A DNA stretch of 53,724 nt from Geopsychrobacteraceae bacterium (GCA_036396915.1 DASWJX010000283.1:1-53724); one strand, 5' to 3'; counted from the stretch's first letter, positions 28,875 to 40,154 are shown. A program made the numbers and translations. Notes: a model not told the origin generated them from the letters alone.

Positions 28875-30131
28875 CTACTTCAAGCGGTGCGCGTAGAGGG
28901 GAAACTGCAGGCAGAGTTCCCGAATCTCGGCCTTGATTGCGGTCAGCTCTTGACCATTGCCGATATTTTTCAGAGCCCGATCGATCCACTCGGCCACCCT
29001 GATCATCTCGGGCTCTTTCAGGCCGCGGGTTGTGGTCGCCGGGGTGCCGATCCGGACCCCGCTGGTCACAAAAGGCGACCGGGTATCGAATGGCACGGCG
29101 TTCTTGTTGACGGTGATGCCGGCCTCTTCGAGCGTCGCCTCGGCGACCTTGCCGGTAATTTCGCTTCCGGTAAAATCGACCAGCATCAGGTGATTATCGG
29201 TGCCTCCCGACACCAGATTGAAGCCGCGCTTGACCAGTTCGGCGGCAAGCGTCCTGGCGTTCTTGACCACCTGAGCCGCGTACTCCCTGAACTCGGGAGA
29301 GAGGGCTTCCTTGAAAGCCACGGCTTTGGCGGCAATCACATGCATCAGCGGACCGCCCTGAATGCCGGGGAAGATATTGCTGTTGAGCTTCTTGCTCCAC
29401 TCTTCGGTGCAGAGAATCATCCCGCCGCGGGGACCGCGCAGGGTCTTGTGCGTGGTCGTCGTCACGAACTCGGCATAGGGGACCGGGTTCGGGTGTTCGC
29501 CGGCCGCGACCAGACCGGCGATGTGCGCCATATCAACCATGACCACGGCTCCGACTTGGTCGGCGATGCGCCGGAAGGCCGGAAAATCGATGGTCCGCGG
29601 GTACGCACTGGCGCCGACCACGATCAGCTTCGGCTTATGCTCACGGGCCAGTGTCTCGACTTCCTGATAGTCGATGGTGCCGGTTTCAGGCTGTACGCCA
29701 TAAGGCACGATATTATAGAGCTTGCCGGAAAAGTTGACCGGCGAGCCATGGGTCAGGTGACCGCCGTGAGCCAGGTTCATCCCCAGCACGGTGTCGCCGG
29801 GCTGGCAAACGGCCATGTAGACCGCCATATTGGCCTGCGATCCGGAATGGGCCTGCACGTTGGCATGCTCGGCACCGAACAGTTCCTTGGCCCGATCGAT
29901 GGCCAGCTGCTCCGCCCGGTCAACGACTTCGCAACCACCATAATAACGCTTGCCTGGATAACCCTCGGCGTACTTGTTGGTCAAAATCGACCCCTGGGCT
30001 TCCAGAATCGCTTCGCTGACAAAGTTTTCGGAAGCGATAAACTCCAGGTTGTATTCCTGACGTTCTGTTTCCCGCACCAGAATTTCGGCCATCTCGGGAT
30101 CAAAGGAAGTCAGAGGCTGCTGCAATGACAT
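28875..30131 (-). CDS. glyA: Serine hydroxymethyltransferase
   Basis: 418 aa with [17 protein letters not shown] and the PLP site [14 protein letters not shown]. Confidence 0.97.
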   Translation of the reverse strand: MSLQQPLTSFDPEMAEILVRETERQEYNLEFIASENFVSEAILEAQGSILTNKYAEGYPGKRYYGGCEVVDRAEQLAIDRAKELFGAEHANVQAHSGSQANMAVYMAVCQPGDTVLGMNLAHGGHLTHGSPVNFSGKLYNIVPYGVQPETGTIDYQEVETLAREHKPKLIVVGASAYPRTIDFPAFRRIADQVGAVVMVDMAHIAGLVAAGEHPNPVPYAEFVTTTTHKTLRGPRGGMILCTEEWSKKLNSNIFPGIQGGPLMHVIAAKAVAFKEALSPEFREYAAQVVKNARTLAAELVKRGFNLVSGGTDNHLMLVDFTGSEITGKVAEATLEEAGITVNKNAVPFDTRSPFVTSGVRIGTPATTTRGLKEPEMIRVAEWIDRALKNIGNGQELTAIKAEIRELCLQFPLYAHRLK

Positions 30132-30162
30132 GGATATCCTCCACTCTTAATCTGCTGGATAG

Positions 30163-30193
30163 GAAAAGAACGGGGCAGACCGCAGTCTGCCCC
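30163..30193 (-). terminator. Hairpin/terminator between rpiB and glyA
   Basis: Minus strand reads GGGGCAGAC-tgcg-GTCTGCCCC followed by GTTCTTTTCC. Confidence 0.55.
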
Positions 30194-30219
30194 GCATTAA
30201 TTACGAACGGAAAACGCGC

Positions 30220-30666
30220 TCAGCTCACAATCCCCTGCTCGATCTGACTGATTTTGTCAAGGCGCTTCTGATGCCGGCCGCCGGCATAATCGGTATCGAG
30301 CCAGATCTTCACCAGTTCCAGGCCGTTGCCGGTCGACAGGATGCGGCCGCCGAGAACCAGGACATTGGCGTTATTGTGCTCTTTTGCCATCCGCGCGGTA
30401 AAACCGTCATGCACCAGAGCGGCCCGCACCCGTGGGAACTTGTTGGCCACGATCGACATGCCGATGCCGGTACCGCAGACCAGTATTCCCGCTGCGGCCT
30501 TGCCGTCGGAAACGGCTCCGGCCACCTTGGCGCCGAAATCGGGATAGTCGACCGAATCGAGATCAATCGGCCCCAGATCCGTGTACGGAAGGCCGCGCTC
30601 AGCCAGCAGCGCGACAATCGCCTCCTTCAGTTCAAGACCGCCGTGGTCGCTTGCGACAACATACAT
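30220..30666 (-). CDS. rpiB: Ribose-5-phosphate isomerase B
   Basis: 148 aa; GILVCGTGIGMSIVANK... matches the RpiB/LacAB family. Confidence 0.92.
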   Translation of the reverse strand: MYVVASDHGGLELKEAIVALLAERGLPYTDLGPIDLDSVDYPDFGAKVAGAVSDGKAAAGILVCGTGIGMSIVANKFPRVRAALVHDGFTARMAKEHNNANVLVLGGRILSTGNGLELVKIWLDTDYAGGRHQKRLDKISQIEQGIVS

Positions 30667-30675
30667 GCGACCACC

Positions 30676-31908
30676 TCAAATCTTGCGGAAAGCCAGGGTA
30701 GCGTTGGTGCCACCGAAGCCGAAGGAATTGGACAGCGCGATTTTCACATCAGCCTCACGTGCCTCGTTCGGCACGTAATCGAGATCGCATTCGGCGTCAG
30801 GCTCTTCATAGTTGATGGTCGGCGGGATCACACCGCGCGCCATGGTCAGCGCGACAAAAACCGCTTCGAAACCGCCGGCGGCTCCCAGACCATGCCCGGT
30901 CATACTCTTGGTGGAACTGACCATGACCTTGCGGGCGTGCGCACCGAGCACCGCCTTGATCGCCATGGTTTCGGAAAGATCGTTAAAATGGGTCGAGGTT
31001 CCGTGGGCATTGATGTAATCAACCTCCCGCGGATCGATCCCCGCGGTGTTCAACGCCATTTTTATACAGCGCGCGGCGCCTTCACCGCCCGGAGCGGGCT
31101 GGGTCAGGTGATGAGCGTCACTGCTGAGCCCGTAACCGGCGATTTCACAATAAATTTTCGCACCGCGCTTTTTGGCCTGCTCATACTCTTCAAGAATAAC
31201 TATGCCCGCACCCTCGGCCATAATAAATCCGTCACGGTTTTTCTCGAAGGGGCGGCTGGCGCCCTGCGGGTCATCGTTGCGCGTGGAAAGCGCCTTCATG
31301 ACATTGAAACCGCCGATCGCCAGCGGGGTGATCGTCGACTCGGTACCACCGGCAAACATGGCGTCCGCATCGCCGCGGGCGATCATATGGTAGGCATCGC
31401 CGATCGAATTGGTGCCGGTGGCGCAGGCGGAAACGGACGAGAGATTAGGCCCTTTTGCACCGAACCGCATGGAGATGTGGCCCGGGGCAAGATTTATGAT
31501 CAGCATCGGGATGAAGAAGGGGGTAATTTTTTTATAGCCCCGCTCCAGCAGCGCCGAATGATATTTTTCTATGGTCGGGAGGCCACCGAGTCCGGAACCT
31601 ACCAGCACGCCGACACGTTCGGCATTTTCGTCGGTGATTTCCAGTCCGGAATCCTGCAGTGCCATTTCACTGGCAGCCAGGCCATACTGAATAAAGAGAT
31701 CCATTTTCTTGATCTCTTTTTTCTCGATAAAGTCCTCGGCATTGAAATCCTTAACTTCGCCGGCGATCCGTGTCGGCAGGTCGGAGGCGTCAAATCGTGT
31801 CACCGGGCCGATACCGGATTGTCCAGCCATCAAAGCATTCCAGTTTTTGTCGACGCCGGTTCCGAGCGGGGAAACAAGGCCGACACCGGTAACCACAACT
31901 CTGCGCAT
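30676..31908 (-). CDS. fabF: 3-oxoacyl-ACP synthase II
   Basis: [16 protein letters not shown] start (ATG 31908), active-site SACATG, and HGTST...GHGLGAAG. The ORF is open to 31956. Confidence 0.95.
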   Translation of the reverse strand: MRRVVVTGVGLVSPLGTGVDKNWNALMAGQSGIGPVTRFDASDLPTRIAGEVKDFNAEDFIEKKEIKKMDLFIQYGLAASEMALQDSGLEITDENAERVGVLVGSGLGGLPTIEKYHSALLERGYKKITPFFIPMLIINLAPGHISMRFGAKGPNLSSVSACATGTNSIGDAYHMIARGDADAMFAGGTESTITPLAIGGFNVMKALSTRNDDPQGASRPFEKNRDGFIMAEGAGIVILEEYEQAKKRGAKIYCEIAGYGLSSDAHHLTQPAPGGEGAARCIKMALNTAGIDPREVDYINAHGTSTHFNDLSETMAIKAVLGAHARKVMVSSTKSMTGHGLGAAGGFEAVFVALTMARGVIPPTINYEEPDAECDLDYVPNEAREADVKIALSNSFGFGGTNATLAFRKI

Positions 31909-32013
31909 AGGAATTATTCCTTCGATTGGAGTGAATGGGGGTTTTACTGTCTTCAACAGTCGTTCTGTTGCTACTTTTCCGGCGGCGCCATTACGGGCGC
32001 CGCCGGAACTTGA

Positions 32014-32247
32014 TCAGGCAGACTTGCTGATATAATCTACAGCATCCTGCACTTTTTGGATCTTCTCGGCGTCCTCATCGGAAATCTCGATATCGAACTC
32101 CTCTTCAAGAGCCATGACCAGCTCAACGGTATCGAGAGAGTCGGCACCGAGATCATCCATGAATGCGGCCCCGGAAGTGACCTGTTCTTCATCTACACCC
32201 AGTTGTTCTGCAACGATTTGCTTTACGCGTTCTTCAATTGAAGCCAT
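32014..32247 (-). CDS. acpP: Acyl carrier protein
   Basis: 77 aa with the phosphopantetheine site [19 protein letters not shown]. Confidence 0.97.
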   Translation of the reverse strand: MASIEERVKQIVAEQLGVDEEQVTSGAAFMDDLGADSLDTVELVMALEEEFDIEISDEDAEKIQKVQDAVDYISKSA

Positions 32248-32294
32248 TATGTTCCTCCTGTTTTTAAGTTGCGGCTGTGTAAAGCCATTTTTGT

Positions 32295-33032
32295 TTACAT
32301 GTACATTCCGCCATTGACGCCGAGCACCTGACCTGTGATGTAGGCCGCTTGATCGGACGCCAAAAACAGCACGGCATGAGCGATATCGTCAGCAGATCCG
32401 AGCCGTTCCAGAGGGATCTGAGCAGAAAGTTCCTCGCGTTTTTTCTCCGGCAGCGCGTCGGTCATCTCGGTCGCGATGAAACCGGGGGCAACGGCATTGA
32501 CCGTGACATTGCGCCGTGCCAGTTCACGGGCATTGGACCGGGTCAGGCCCATCAGACCGGCCTTGCTGGCGCAGTAGTTCGCCTGTCCCGCGTTGCCCAT
32601 CTGGCCGACCACCGAAGCGATGTTGACAATCCGGCCGTAACGCTGCTTCGACATGACCTTGGCTGCCGCGCGGCTGCAGAGAAAGGCCCCTTTCAGGTTG
32701 ACCGTGAGGACTGCGTCCCAGTCTTCGTCTTTCATTCTGAGCAGCAGCGCATCGCGGGTAATGCCGGCATTATTGATGAGGATATCCACGCGGCCGAAGG
32801 CATCGAGTGCCGACTTGAACATCGCTTCGACCTCTGCGGTCACCGTGACGTTGCCCTGTACGGCAACCGCTTCGGTGCCCTGTGCCTTGAGTTCCGCGAC
32901 AAATGCCTCGGTAGCCTCAAGGTCGATATCCACGGCAACAATTTTTGCCCCTTGCCCGGCCAGAGCCAGTGAAATACTGCGTCCGATGCCGCGTGAAGCG
33001 CCGGTGACGACAGCAACCTTATCCTGAACCAT
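32295..33032 (-). CDS. fabG: 3-oxoacyl-ACP reductase
   Basis: SDR with [12 protein letters not shown] and YCASKAG motifs, in fab-cluster context. Confidence 0.95.
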   Translation of the reverse strand: MVQDKVAVVTGASRGIGRSISLALAGQGAKIVAVDIDLEATEAFVAELKAQGTEAVAVQGNVTVTAEVEAMFKSALDAFGRVDILINNAGITRDALLLRMKDEDWDAVLTVNLKGAFLCSRAAAKVMSKQRYGRIVNIASVVGQMGNAGQANYCASKAGLMGLTRSNARELARRNVTVNAVAPGFIATEMTDALPEKKREELSAQIPLERLGSADDIAHAVLFLASDQAAYITGQVLGVNGGMYM

Positions 33033-33114
33033 GTAGTGTCTCCTTTTACTCGATCAGCAGGGTTATCTATATTATCAGCAAAGCGGACGGGAAGGAAAGC
33101 CGCCCGTCGGACAA

Positions 33115-34035
33115 TCAACTCTGCAATTTAGCCAGATCGGCGACATCGCCGACATTCTGAATCTTGCTGCCTTTTACGATCCTTTTCACCAGACCGGAAA
33201 GCACTTTCCCCGGACCGATTTCGACAAAATGCCCAACACCCAGATCGGCCATTCTTGCCACCGACTGGTCCCAACAGACCGGGGCGCAGACCTGCTCGAC
33301 CAGCAACGGCCTGACCACGCTCTGCTCCCGATAGGGTTCGGCCTTGACGTTGCCGACCACCGGGCACTGGAACGGATGAACCGTCACCTCCCCCAGCACC
33401 TCGGCAAGGCGCCGGGCAGCGGGTGCCATCAATGATGAGTGAAAAGGCGCACTCACCGGCAGCGGCAGGGCGCGCTTGGCGCCACGCTGCCTGGCCAGCT
33501 CCATGGCCCGCTCGACAGCTGGCGCATGTCCGGCAATGACGATCTGCCCGGGACTGTTGAAATTGGCCGGTTCGACCACTTCGCCCTCGGCGGCGTCGCG
33601 GCAGATCTGTTCCAGGTCGGCCCGTTCGATACCCATCACCGCGGCCATGGCGCCGACGCCGACAGGAACCGCTTCCTGCATGAAGGTGCCACGCTGGCGT
33701 ACGGTGCGAACGGCATCGGCAAAACCGAGGGCGCCGGCACAGACCAGCGCCGAGTATTCACCAAGAGAGTGCCCCGCGGCGTAAGCCGGCTTATAATCCG
33801 TTTCCTGTTCGATGACGCGCAAAGCGGCGATGCTCATCGTCAGGATAGCAGGCTGGGTATTCGCGGTCAGTTTCAGCTCGTCTTCGGCGCCGGAAAAGCA
33901 GAGGCCGGCGATATCGTAGCCGAGGGCATCGCAGGCTTCCTCGAAAACCCGTCGCGCTGCAGTAAAATTATCCGCAAGGGCTTTGCCCATCCCGGAAAAC
34001 TGGGACCCCTGCCCCGGAAAAAGAAATGCGATCAT
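33115..34035 (-). CDS. fabD: Malonyl CoA-ACP transacylase
   Basis: FLFPGQGSQ start and the active site GHSLGEYSAL. Confidence 0.95.
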   Translation of the reverse strand: MIAFLFPGQGSQFSGMGKALADNFTAARRVFEEACDALGYDIAGLCFSGAEDELKLTANTQPAILTMSIAALRVIEQETDYKPAYAAGHSLGEYSALVCAGALGFADAVRTVRQRGTFMQEAVPVGVGAMAAVMGIERADLEQICRDAAEGEVVEPANFNSPGQIVIAGHAPAVERAMELARQRGAKRALPLPVSAPFHSSLMAPAARRLAEVLGEVTVHPFQCPVVGNVKAEPYREQSVVRPLLVEQVCAPVCWDQSVARMADLGVGHFVEIGPGKVLSGLVKRIVKGSKIQNVGDVADLAKLQS

Positions 34036-34062
34036 GTAAATCCCTGTCTCGCTGGAGAAAGA

Positions 34063-35043
34063 TTACCAGCGCAGCAGCACGGAACCCCAGGTGAAGCCGC
34101 CGCCAAAAGCGGCCATCAGCACCAGGCTTCCTTCTTTCAGAAGACCCTGACGGTTCGCCTCATCCATCCCGATCGGAATCGTGGCCCCGGACGTATTGCC
34201 GTACTTGTGGACATTGATAAAACACTGCTCGTCAGTCAGCTCCAGCCGTTTGGCCGTTGCTTCCAGGATGCGCCGGTTCGCCTGATGGGGAATAAAAAGA
34301 TCGACATCGGCGGAGCTGAGACCGTTGGCCGTCAGCGCCTCCTGAGAAACTTCGGTAAGGGATCGCACCGCCACCTTGAAAACGTCGTTGCCCTGCATCT
34401 TCAGCGTATGCATTTTTTCCGCAATCCCTTCCGCCGAAGCCGGATGCCGCGTCCCGAAACCGGGCTGATAAAGCAGTTCGAGATAACTGCCGTCCGAATG
34501 CATATGCGAGGAGAGAACGCCCGAATCCCCTTCCTGGAGATCGAGAACGACGGCGCCGGCGCCGTCGCCGAACAGCACACAGGTATTGCGATCCGACCAG
34601 TCGATGATGCGCGAAAGAATTTCACTGCCGATGACCAGCGCTTTTTTGCCGCGGCCCGCCTCCAGAAAATCGACGGCGTTCGACAGGGCATAAACAAAAC
34701 CGCTGCAGGCCGCTGAAATATCGTAGGCATAAGCGTTTTTGGCGCCGAGGTTGTTCTGCACGATACAGGCGGTCGCCGGCCAGGGATAATCTCCGGTAAT
34801 CGTCCCCATCACAATCAGGTCGATTTCCTCAGCAGAGACTCCGGCCATTTCCAGCGCCCGTTGCGCGGCCCGGGTTGCCAGATCGGAGGTATTTTCATCA
34901 TCGGCAGCGATGCGCCGCTGCTCAATCCCGGTTCTGGCGATAATCCAGTCATTGGTGGTCTCGACCATCTTTTCCAGATCGAAGTTATTCAGAATTTTTT
35001 CCGGAAGATAGGAACCTGTTCCGATAACCCGTGCTCTTTTCAC
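34063..35043 (-). CDS. fabH: 3-oxoacyl-ACP synthase III
   Basis: Contains AACSGF and HQAN...GNTS motifs, with the C-terminus GGGFTWGSVLLRW. Confidence 0.95.
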   Translation of the reverse strand: MKRARVIGTGSYLPEKILNNFDLEKMVETTNDWIIARTGIEQRRIAADDENTSDLATRAAQRALEMAGVSAEEIDLIVMGTITGDYPWPATACIVQNNLGAKNAYAYDISAACSGFVYALSNAVDFLEAGRGKKALVIGSEILSRIIDWSDRNTCVLFGDGAGAVVLDLQEGDSGVLSSHMHSDGSYLELLYQPGFGTRHPASAEGIAEKMHTLKMQGNDVFKVAVRSLTEVSQEALTANGLSSADVDLFIPHQANRRILEATAKRLELTDEQCFINVHKYGNTSGATIPIGMDEANRQGLLKEGSLVLMAAFGGGFTWGSVLLRW

Positions 35044-35094
35044 GTAACGACTCCTTCAGCCGGAGCGATCCGGCAACCGATCAAACGTTCGAGA

Positions 35095-36081
35095 TCAAAG
35101 AAATTGTGCCAGCTTCTCTTCGATCCTGATTCGAGCAAACTCTTCCGCCTGGCGGATGGCCACGCTGATCGCAACCGGACTGGAACTGCCGTGACAGATG
35201 ATGCCGGTGCCGTCCAGACCCAGCAGCGGCGCCCCTCCGTACTCCGCCGGATCAACCCGTTTTTTAAAAGCCTTGAATGCCTGCAAACTCAGCAGATAAC
35301 CGAGCCGGGCCAGAAAACGATTTTCGATCTCTTTTTTGAGCATGCTGGCGATGGCGACGGCCAGCCCCTCTGAAACCTTAAGCAGGACATTGCCGACGAA
35401 ACCGTCGCAGACGATGACATCGGTCGTACCATTATAAACGTCCGCGCCCTCTACGTAACCTACATAATTAAGATCGGTTTTTTTCAGCAGATGATGGGCT
35501 TCGCGGGTCAGGTCGGTGCCTTTTTTCTCTTCCGTGCCGTTGGAAAGCAGACCGACCCGGGGAGCCGTCTTGCCGAGCACATGTTCGGCGTACAGACTCC
35601 CCATAATGGCGAACTGCTGCAGGTTCTGCGCTTTGCAGTCGACATTGGCGCCCATATCCAGGACCACGGTCCGATCAACCTGGTTCGGCATCACGGTCGC
35701 AATCGCCGGACGATCAATCCCCGCAACCCGTTTCAGAACAAACATTCCGGCAGCCATGGTGGCGCCGGAATTGCCGGTACTGACGACCGCGTCCGCCTGT
35801 CCGTTCTTGACCAGATCGAACGCAACCCGAATGGAAGAATCCTTCTTCTTGCGCACGGCATCAGAGGCGGAATCATCCATGCCGACAACTTCGCTGGCGT
35901 GGTGAACCTCCAGATTGAGACCGGCCAGCTGGTGGGCCGCCAAGTTTTTTTCGATCAGCCCGGAGTCCCCCACCAGGATGACATGGCTCCCCCACTGCCT
36001 GCAGGCCAGTACCGCGCCGGCAATTTCAGTGGCGGGAGCGTTATCCCCCCCCATAACATCAACAGCAATTTTAATTGGCAT
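35095..36081 (-). CDS. plsX: Phosphate acyltransferase PlsX
   Basis: [12 protein letters not shown] start, located between rpmF and fabH. Confidence 0.95.
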   Translation of the reverse strand: MPIKIAVDVMGGDNAPATEIAGAVLACRQWGSHVILVGDSGLIEKNLAAHQLAGLNLEVHHASEVVGMDDSASDAVRKKKDSSIRVAFDLVKNGQADAVVSTGNSGATMAAGMFVLKRVAGIDRPAIATVMPNQVDRTVVLDMGANVDCKAQNLQQFAIMGSLYAEHVLGKTAPRVGLLSNGTEEKKGTDLTREAHHLLKKTDLNYVGYVEGADVYNGTTDVIVCDGFVGNVLLKVSEGLAVAIASMLKKEIENRFLARLGYLLSLQAFKAFKKRVDPAEYGGAPLLGLDGTGIICHGSSSPVAISVAIRQAEEFARIRIEEKLAQFL

Positions 36082-36100
36082 GATTCAATAAAAAATCAGC

Positions 36101-36283
36101 TTAAATTTCGGCGCTGCCGGCAACTTCTTTGCCCTTATAGGTGCCGCAGCTGGCGCAGACCCGATGAGGCAGTTTCGGCTCCTGGCATTGCGGGCAGGTC
36201 GATGTGCTCGGGGCGCTGATTGCGTCATGCGCACGACGTGTATTTTTTTTGGATTTTGAGGTTTTTTTCTTCGGAACAGCCAT
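36101..36283 (-). CDS. rpmF: 50S ribosomal protein L32
   Basis: 60 aa: [19 protein letters not shown]...[20 protein letters not shown]. Confidence 0.95.
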   Translation of the reverse strand: MAVPKKKTSKSKKNTRRAHDAISAPSTSTCPQCQEPKLPHRVCASCGTYKGKEVAGSAEI

Positions 36284-36375
36284 TTTTATCTCCTTGACAG
36301 CCGGAAGTTGTTTCCGGCTTCTTTAATTTTCTGACTTTCAACAACGCAAATCGAGTCGATGCCAGCGTTAAGTTC

Positions 36376-36918
36376 TCAATCAAGCTTCAGTTTCTTCAGT
36401 GCCGTAAATTTGTTATTGAACAGCTTCTTTTCACAGGTACAATCTGTCTCGTTTAAATTGGTGCCGCACTCGGGGCACAGGCCGAGGCATTCTTCCTTGC
36501 ACAGCGGACTGATCGGCAAACTGATGATAACCTGCTCCTGCAACGGTTCGCGCAGGTCGATCTCCTCTCCCGCATAGGGGATCAGTCCCAGCTCTTCGTC
36601 GTCAAGTTCGACCTCTTCCAGCTCCTGCTCGGCAGAACCGGTCTTGCGAGGGGTAAACGTCACCTCGAATGACGATTCGATCCGGGTCTCGAACGGAGTC
36701 AAGCAGCGGCCGCAGACCTCTTTGATATCGAACGCCAGGCGACCGTCCACTTCCACCAGGGAGCCCACCTTCTGCAACCGCAAGTGAAACGCGATCGGGG
36801 AGGTAAACTCGAACTGTGCGGTGTCAGCCAGAACCTGCAGTTCCGGAAAGGTTCCAAAAGGAAGCGAATACTCCCTGACGACTGCTCCGACACCTATTTC
36901 ATCGAGCTTCAGATGCAC
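36376..36918 (-). CDS. yceD: YceD/DUF177 family protein (23S rRNA accumulation protein)
   Basis: Acidic protein with CGRCL and CKEEC.GLCPECG motifs, upstream of rpmF-plsX. GTG 36918 has AGAGG 8 nt upstream. The ORF maximum (36975) starts with TTG. Confidence 0.8.
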   Translation of the reverse strand: MHLKLDEIGVGAVVREYSLPFGTFPELQVLADTAQFEFTSPIAFHLRLQKVGSLVEVDGRLAFDIKEVCGRCLTPFETRIESSFEVTFTPRKTGSAEQELEEVELDDEELGLIPYAGEEIDLREPLQEQVIISLPISPLCKEECLGLCPECGTNLNETDCTCEKKLFNNKFTALKKLKLD

Positions 36919-37148
36919 CAAAGACACCTCTTGAGACAAAACTGCAGAGTACAAAGACAGCTCGAATCTTGTCAAGCGAAAAGCGGCTTGACGAGAACCT
37001 CAAGCGGCGAACTTACTTAGCCCATCATAGCTGCTTTTGCAAGCGTTTTTTCCTGTGCAAAAGGCTCGGCATGTCTTACCATTGACTCCGGTCTCGAGCG
37101 CGACGATGTACGGGACCTCCCTGAAGCACACCATTCCAGCATCCGCCC

Positions 37149-37892
37149 ATGAACAGAAAAGATCGGGAAATGACCAGCAAATCGACCGACGCAGCCCTTG
37201 AGTCGCTTAAAAATCTGTTGCTCACCATGAAAACCCTCCGCGGCCCGAACGGTTGCGCCTGGGACCGCCGGCAGACTCCGGACAGTCTGAAACAATACCT
37301 CCTTGAAGAAGCCTACGAGGTTCTTGATGCGCTCGACCGGGGCACACCCGCCGAGATCTGCGAAGAACTGGGAGATCTGCTGCTGCAGGTGGTTTTCCAG
37401 GCACAAATTTTTCAGGAGCGGGCCAGCTTCGGCATGGCTGAAGTCGCCGCCGCCATCGACACAAAGCTGCGCAGACGGCATCCCCATATCTTCGCCTGCG
37501 CAGTGCCGCAGGACCACGAAACGAGCTGGGAAAAGATCAAACAACAGGAAAGAGCCGCCAAGGGACAATCGCTGAGCCTGGACAACCGCATCCCGCAGGC
37601 ACTGCCGGCCCTGAAACGCGCCGAAAAACTCGCAAGCGCCATCGCTCGCCATGCGGAACAATCGCAATCGGTTGCTGCCTCCTGCCGGAAAATCATGGAA
37701 ACCCTGCAACAGGTCAGCCGAGCGGCCCCCCGTCACCAGATCGCAAAACGGCAGATCGGTGACATGCTCTACAACCTGACGGCGCTCGCCAAAAGTCTCG
37801 ACATCGACGCGGAAGACGCATTGCGGCAGTCGGTCGCTAGGCGGATCGAGAGCTATGACCAGAGCGCCGGCCAGCGGACCGACCGGTCGTGA
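37149..37892 (+). CDS. mazG: Nucleoside triphosphate pyrophosphohydrolase MazG
   Basis: Contains LRGPNGCAWDRRQT...LLEEAYEV...ELGDLLLQVVF and a second MazG repeat. Confidence 0.88.
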   Translation: MNRKDREMTSKSTDAALESLKNLLLTMKTLRGPNGCAWDRRQTPDSLKQYLLEEAYEVLDALDRGTPAEICEELGDLLLQVVFQAQIFQERASFGMAEVAAAIDTKLRRRHPHIFACAVPQDHETSWEKIKQQERAAKGQSLSLDNRIPQALPALKRAEKLASAIARHAEQSQSVAASCRKIMETLQQVSRAAPRHQIAKRQIGDMLYNLTALAKSLDIDAEDALRQSVARRIESYDQSAGQRTDRS

Positions 37893-37904
37893 CCACAGGG
37901 GCAG

Positions 37905-37947
37905 GAAGTGCTAAAACCCGGTGTTTTTCAGCACTTCATTCTTTTTT
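37905..37947 (+). terminator. mazG terminator
   Basis: GAAGTGCTAAAA...TTTTCAGCACTTC followed by ATTCTTTTTT. Confidence 0.6.
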
Positions 37948-38155
37948 CACACGTTCCGTTGATAAGCTGTTGGCAGACCTGTTGAAAACCACAAAAACCG
38001 GCCTGCAGCCCGCCGCTGCAGCGTCTTGCCTATTTTTTAAACACTATATAATTGTCATATATTTCAGACACTTACAGTTACAGACAAAATAATCGAGGAA
38101 ATTCCGGTTACCACAGCGGTAACCACGCACATCTTAACCCGAAAGCAGGTTGCGC

Positions 38156-38548
38156 ATGTTTATAAGACTGCTGATTCTCTTTACCGTTGTCCCGATTGTC
38201 GAACTCTACGTCCTGCTTGAAATCGGCGCGCTGATCGGCACCCTGTCGACCGTCGCGCTTATCTTTCTGACCGGAATCGCGGGCGCCTATCTGGCCAGGA
38301 TGCAGGGATTTTCACTGATCAACAGAATTCAGGGTGAGCTGAATCAGGGGCGGGTTCCGCGCGGGGAACTGGTTGATGGGGCGATGATTCTGGTCGGCGC
38401 GGTCCTGCTGCTGACTCCGGGCTTCTGCACCGACCTCGTCGGCTTCAGCCTGCTGGTCCCCCTGACCAGAAGTTTAGTCAAGGGCCGGCTGATCCGCTGG
38501 CTGGAAAAGCTGGCGGCAGATAAACAGATCCATATCCGCCGTTTCTAG
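38156..38548 (+). CDS. fxsA: FxsA-family cytoplasmic membrane protein
   Basis: Contains FTVVPIVELYVLLEIG...LLLTPGFCTD, characteristic of FxsA. ATG 38156 is preferred; the ORF is open from TTG 38150. Confidence 0.8.
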   Translation: MFIRLLILFTVVPIVELYVLLEIGALIGTLSTVALIFLTGIAGAYLARMQGFSLINRIQGELNQGRVPRGELVDGAMILVGAVLLLTPGFCTDLVGFSLLVPLTRSLVKGRLIRWLEKLAADKQIHIRRF

Positions 38549-38579
38549 AAACACAGCGGGGCAAGCAGATGCCTGCAAA

Positions 38580-40154
38580 TCAAGCCGCCCCCCTCTTGCG
38601 TTTTTTGAGCAGCGTCCATCCCTGGCGGATCTGCTCGACGCCCAGCAAAAGTCCGATGCCGACATAGCTGACCAGACCAGCCCCGACCGCCGTCGCCAGA
38701 ACTGCGCCTTTCACAAGCGTTCCCCCCTCGTGCTGCCAATCGGCGAGTCCCAGCAGAAAATAGACACTGACCGCCATAACCAGACAGCCCGGCAGCGAAC
38801 GGAGCAGAGGCGCCAGCAGCGCGCCGCGCAGAAACGGACCGACCCGGCGTCGCAAGAGCCGGAGCAGGAGCAGGGCATTAAAGGCGGAGGCCAGCGTCAG
38901 CGCAATCGCCAGACCGAAATGCTGAAAAGGGATCATCAGCAACAGCCCGCAGCCGGCATTGACCAGCAGCGTCCAGAATGAAATCCGCACCGGGGTTTTT
39001 GTGTCCTTGAGGGCATAAAAGGTCTGGGCCGCAATCCTGCTCATGCCGACGAAGACCAGGCCCGGAGCGTAACAGACCAGGGTCAGCGCCGTGTTCTTCA
39101 CGGCAGCCTGATCGAACTCTCCGCCCATAAAGAACAGACTGTACACCGGTTCGGCACACAGGATCAGGCCGAGCATGGCCGGCAGGGTAAAAATGGCGAT
39201 CAGGGCCAGCGCAAAGCGGAGGGATTCCTGCAGACCGTCCCAGTCCTCGACCGCCGCCTGGCGACTCATGGCCGGCAAGGCGGCCTGAGCCAGCGACACG
39301 ATAAAGATGCCCTGCGGAAACTCAAACAGCCGCTGCCCATAATAGAGATAAGAGACGCTCCCCTCCGGCAGGAAAGAGGCCATCAGACGGGTCACCACGA
39401 CGTTGATCTGGTAGATGGCCACACCCGCAATCCCCGGCAGCATCAAAAGGACGATCCGCCGCAGCTTAAGATCGTCACGCCAAGACCAGTCGAAGCGGAA
39501 GCGGATCCGATAGCGTACCAGGGCCGGGTACTGCAGCAGCAGTTGCACCAGACCGCCGGCAATGACGCCGATCGCCAGCGCGGTCACCGGCTGCTGAAAC
39601 ATCTGCCCCAGCATCAGGGCGCTGACGATCATTGCAATATTGAGAAACAGCGGCGAGAGTGACGGCAGAAAGAAATGTCCGTGGACGTTCAGGATCCCGG
39701 TCACCAGGGCCAGCAGGCTGACCATCCCGATGTAGGGAAACATCAGACGATTGAGAGCATCGGTCAATTCCAGTTTTCCCGGCACATCGCCGAAGCCGTA
39801 ACCGATCCCCTTGACGATCCAGGGCGAGGCAAAAATCCCGACCGCCACAACCATCATCATGACCAGCAACAGCAGGGTCACACAACGGTTTGCCAGCTTT
39901 TGCGCTTCCTCCGGCCCCTGCTGCTGATAAACTTCGGCAAAGATCGGCACAAAAGCCGCGGTCAAGGAGCCCTCACCGAAAAAACGCCTGAGCAGGTTGG
40001 GGATGGTAAAGGCCATAAAAAAGGCGTCCGTCGCAAACCCGGCCCCGAACAGACGCGCGACCACAACATCGCGCAGCAGTCCGGCGATCCGACTGCAGGC
40101 GGTGGCAACAGCCATGGACAACGTTGCAGTTGTTATTTTTCTTCTCTGACTCAT
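38580..40154 (-). CDS. murJ: Lipid II flippase MurJ (MviN)
   Basis: 524-aa polytopic protein with SRIAGLLRDVVVARLFGAG...DAFFMAFTIPNLLRRFFGEG. Confidence 0.93.
   Translation of the reverse strand: MSQRRKITTATLSMAVATACSRIAGLLRDVVVARLFGAGFATDAFFMAFTIPNLLRRFFGEGSLTAAFVPIFAEVYQQQGPEEAQKLANRCVTLLLLVMMMVVAVGIFASPWIVKGIGYGFGDVPGKLELTDALNRLMFPYIGMVSLLALVTGILNVHGHFFLPSLSPLFLNIAMIVSALMLGQMFQQPVTALAIGVIAGGLVQLLLQYPALVRYRIRFRFDWSWRDDLKLRRIVLLMLPGIAGVAIYQINVVVTRLMASFLPEGSVSYLYYGQRLFEFPQGIFIVSLAQAALPAMSRQAAVEDWDGLQESLRFALALIAIFTLPAMLGLILCAEPVYSLFFMGGEFDQAAVKNTALTLVCYAPGLVFVGMSRIAAQTFYALKDTKTPVRISFWTLLVNAGCGLLLMIPFQHFGLAIALTLASAFNALLLLRLLRRRVGPFLRGALLAPLLRSLPGCLVMAVSVYFLLGLADWQHEGGTLVKGAVLATAVGAGLVSYVGIGLLLGVEQIRQGWTLLKKRKRGAA

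Noticed and set aside
37017-37736. 239-aa minus-strand ORF overlapping mazG.
   Set aside because: It is a shadow frame of mazG with no recognisable motifs, whereas the plus-strand product carries clear MazG signatures.
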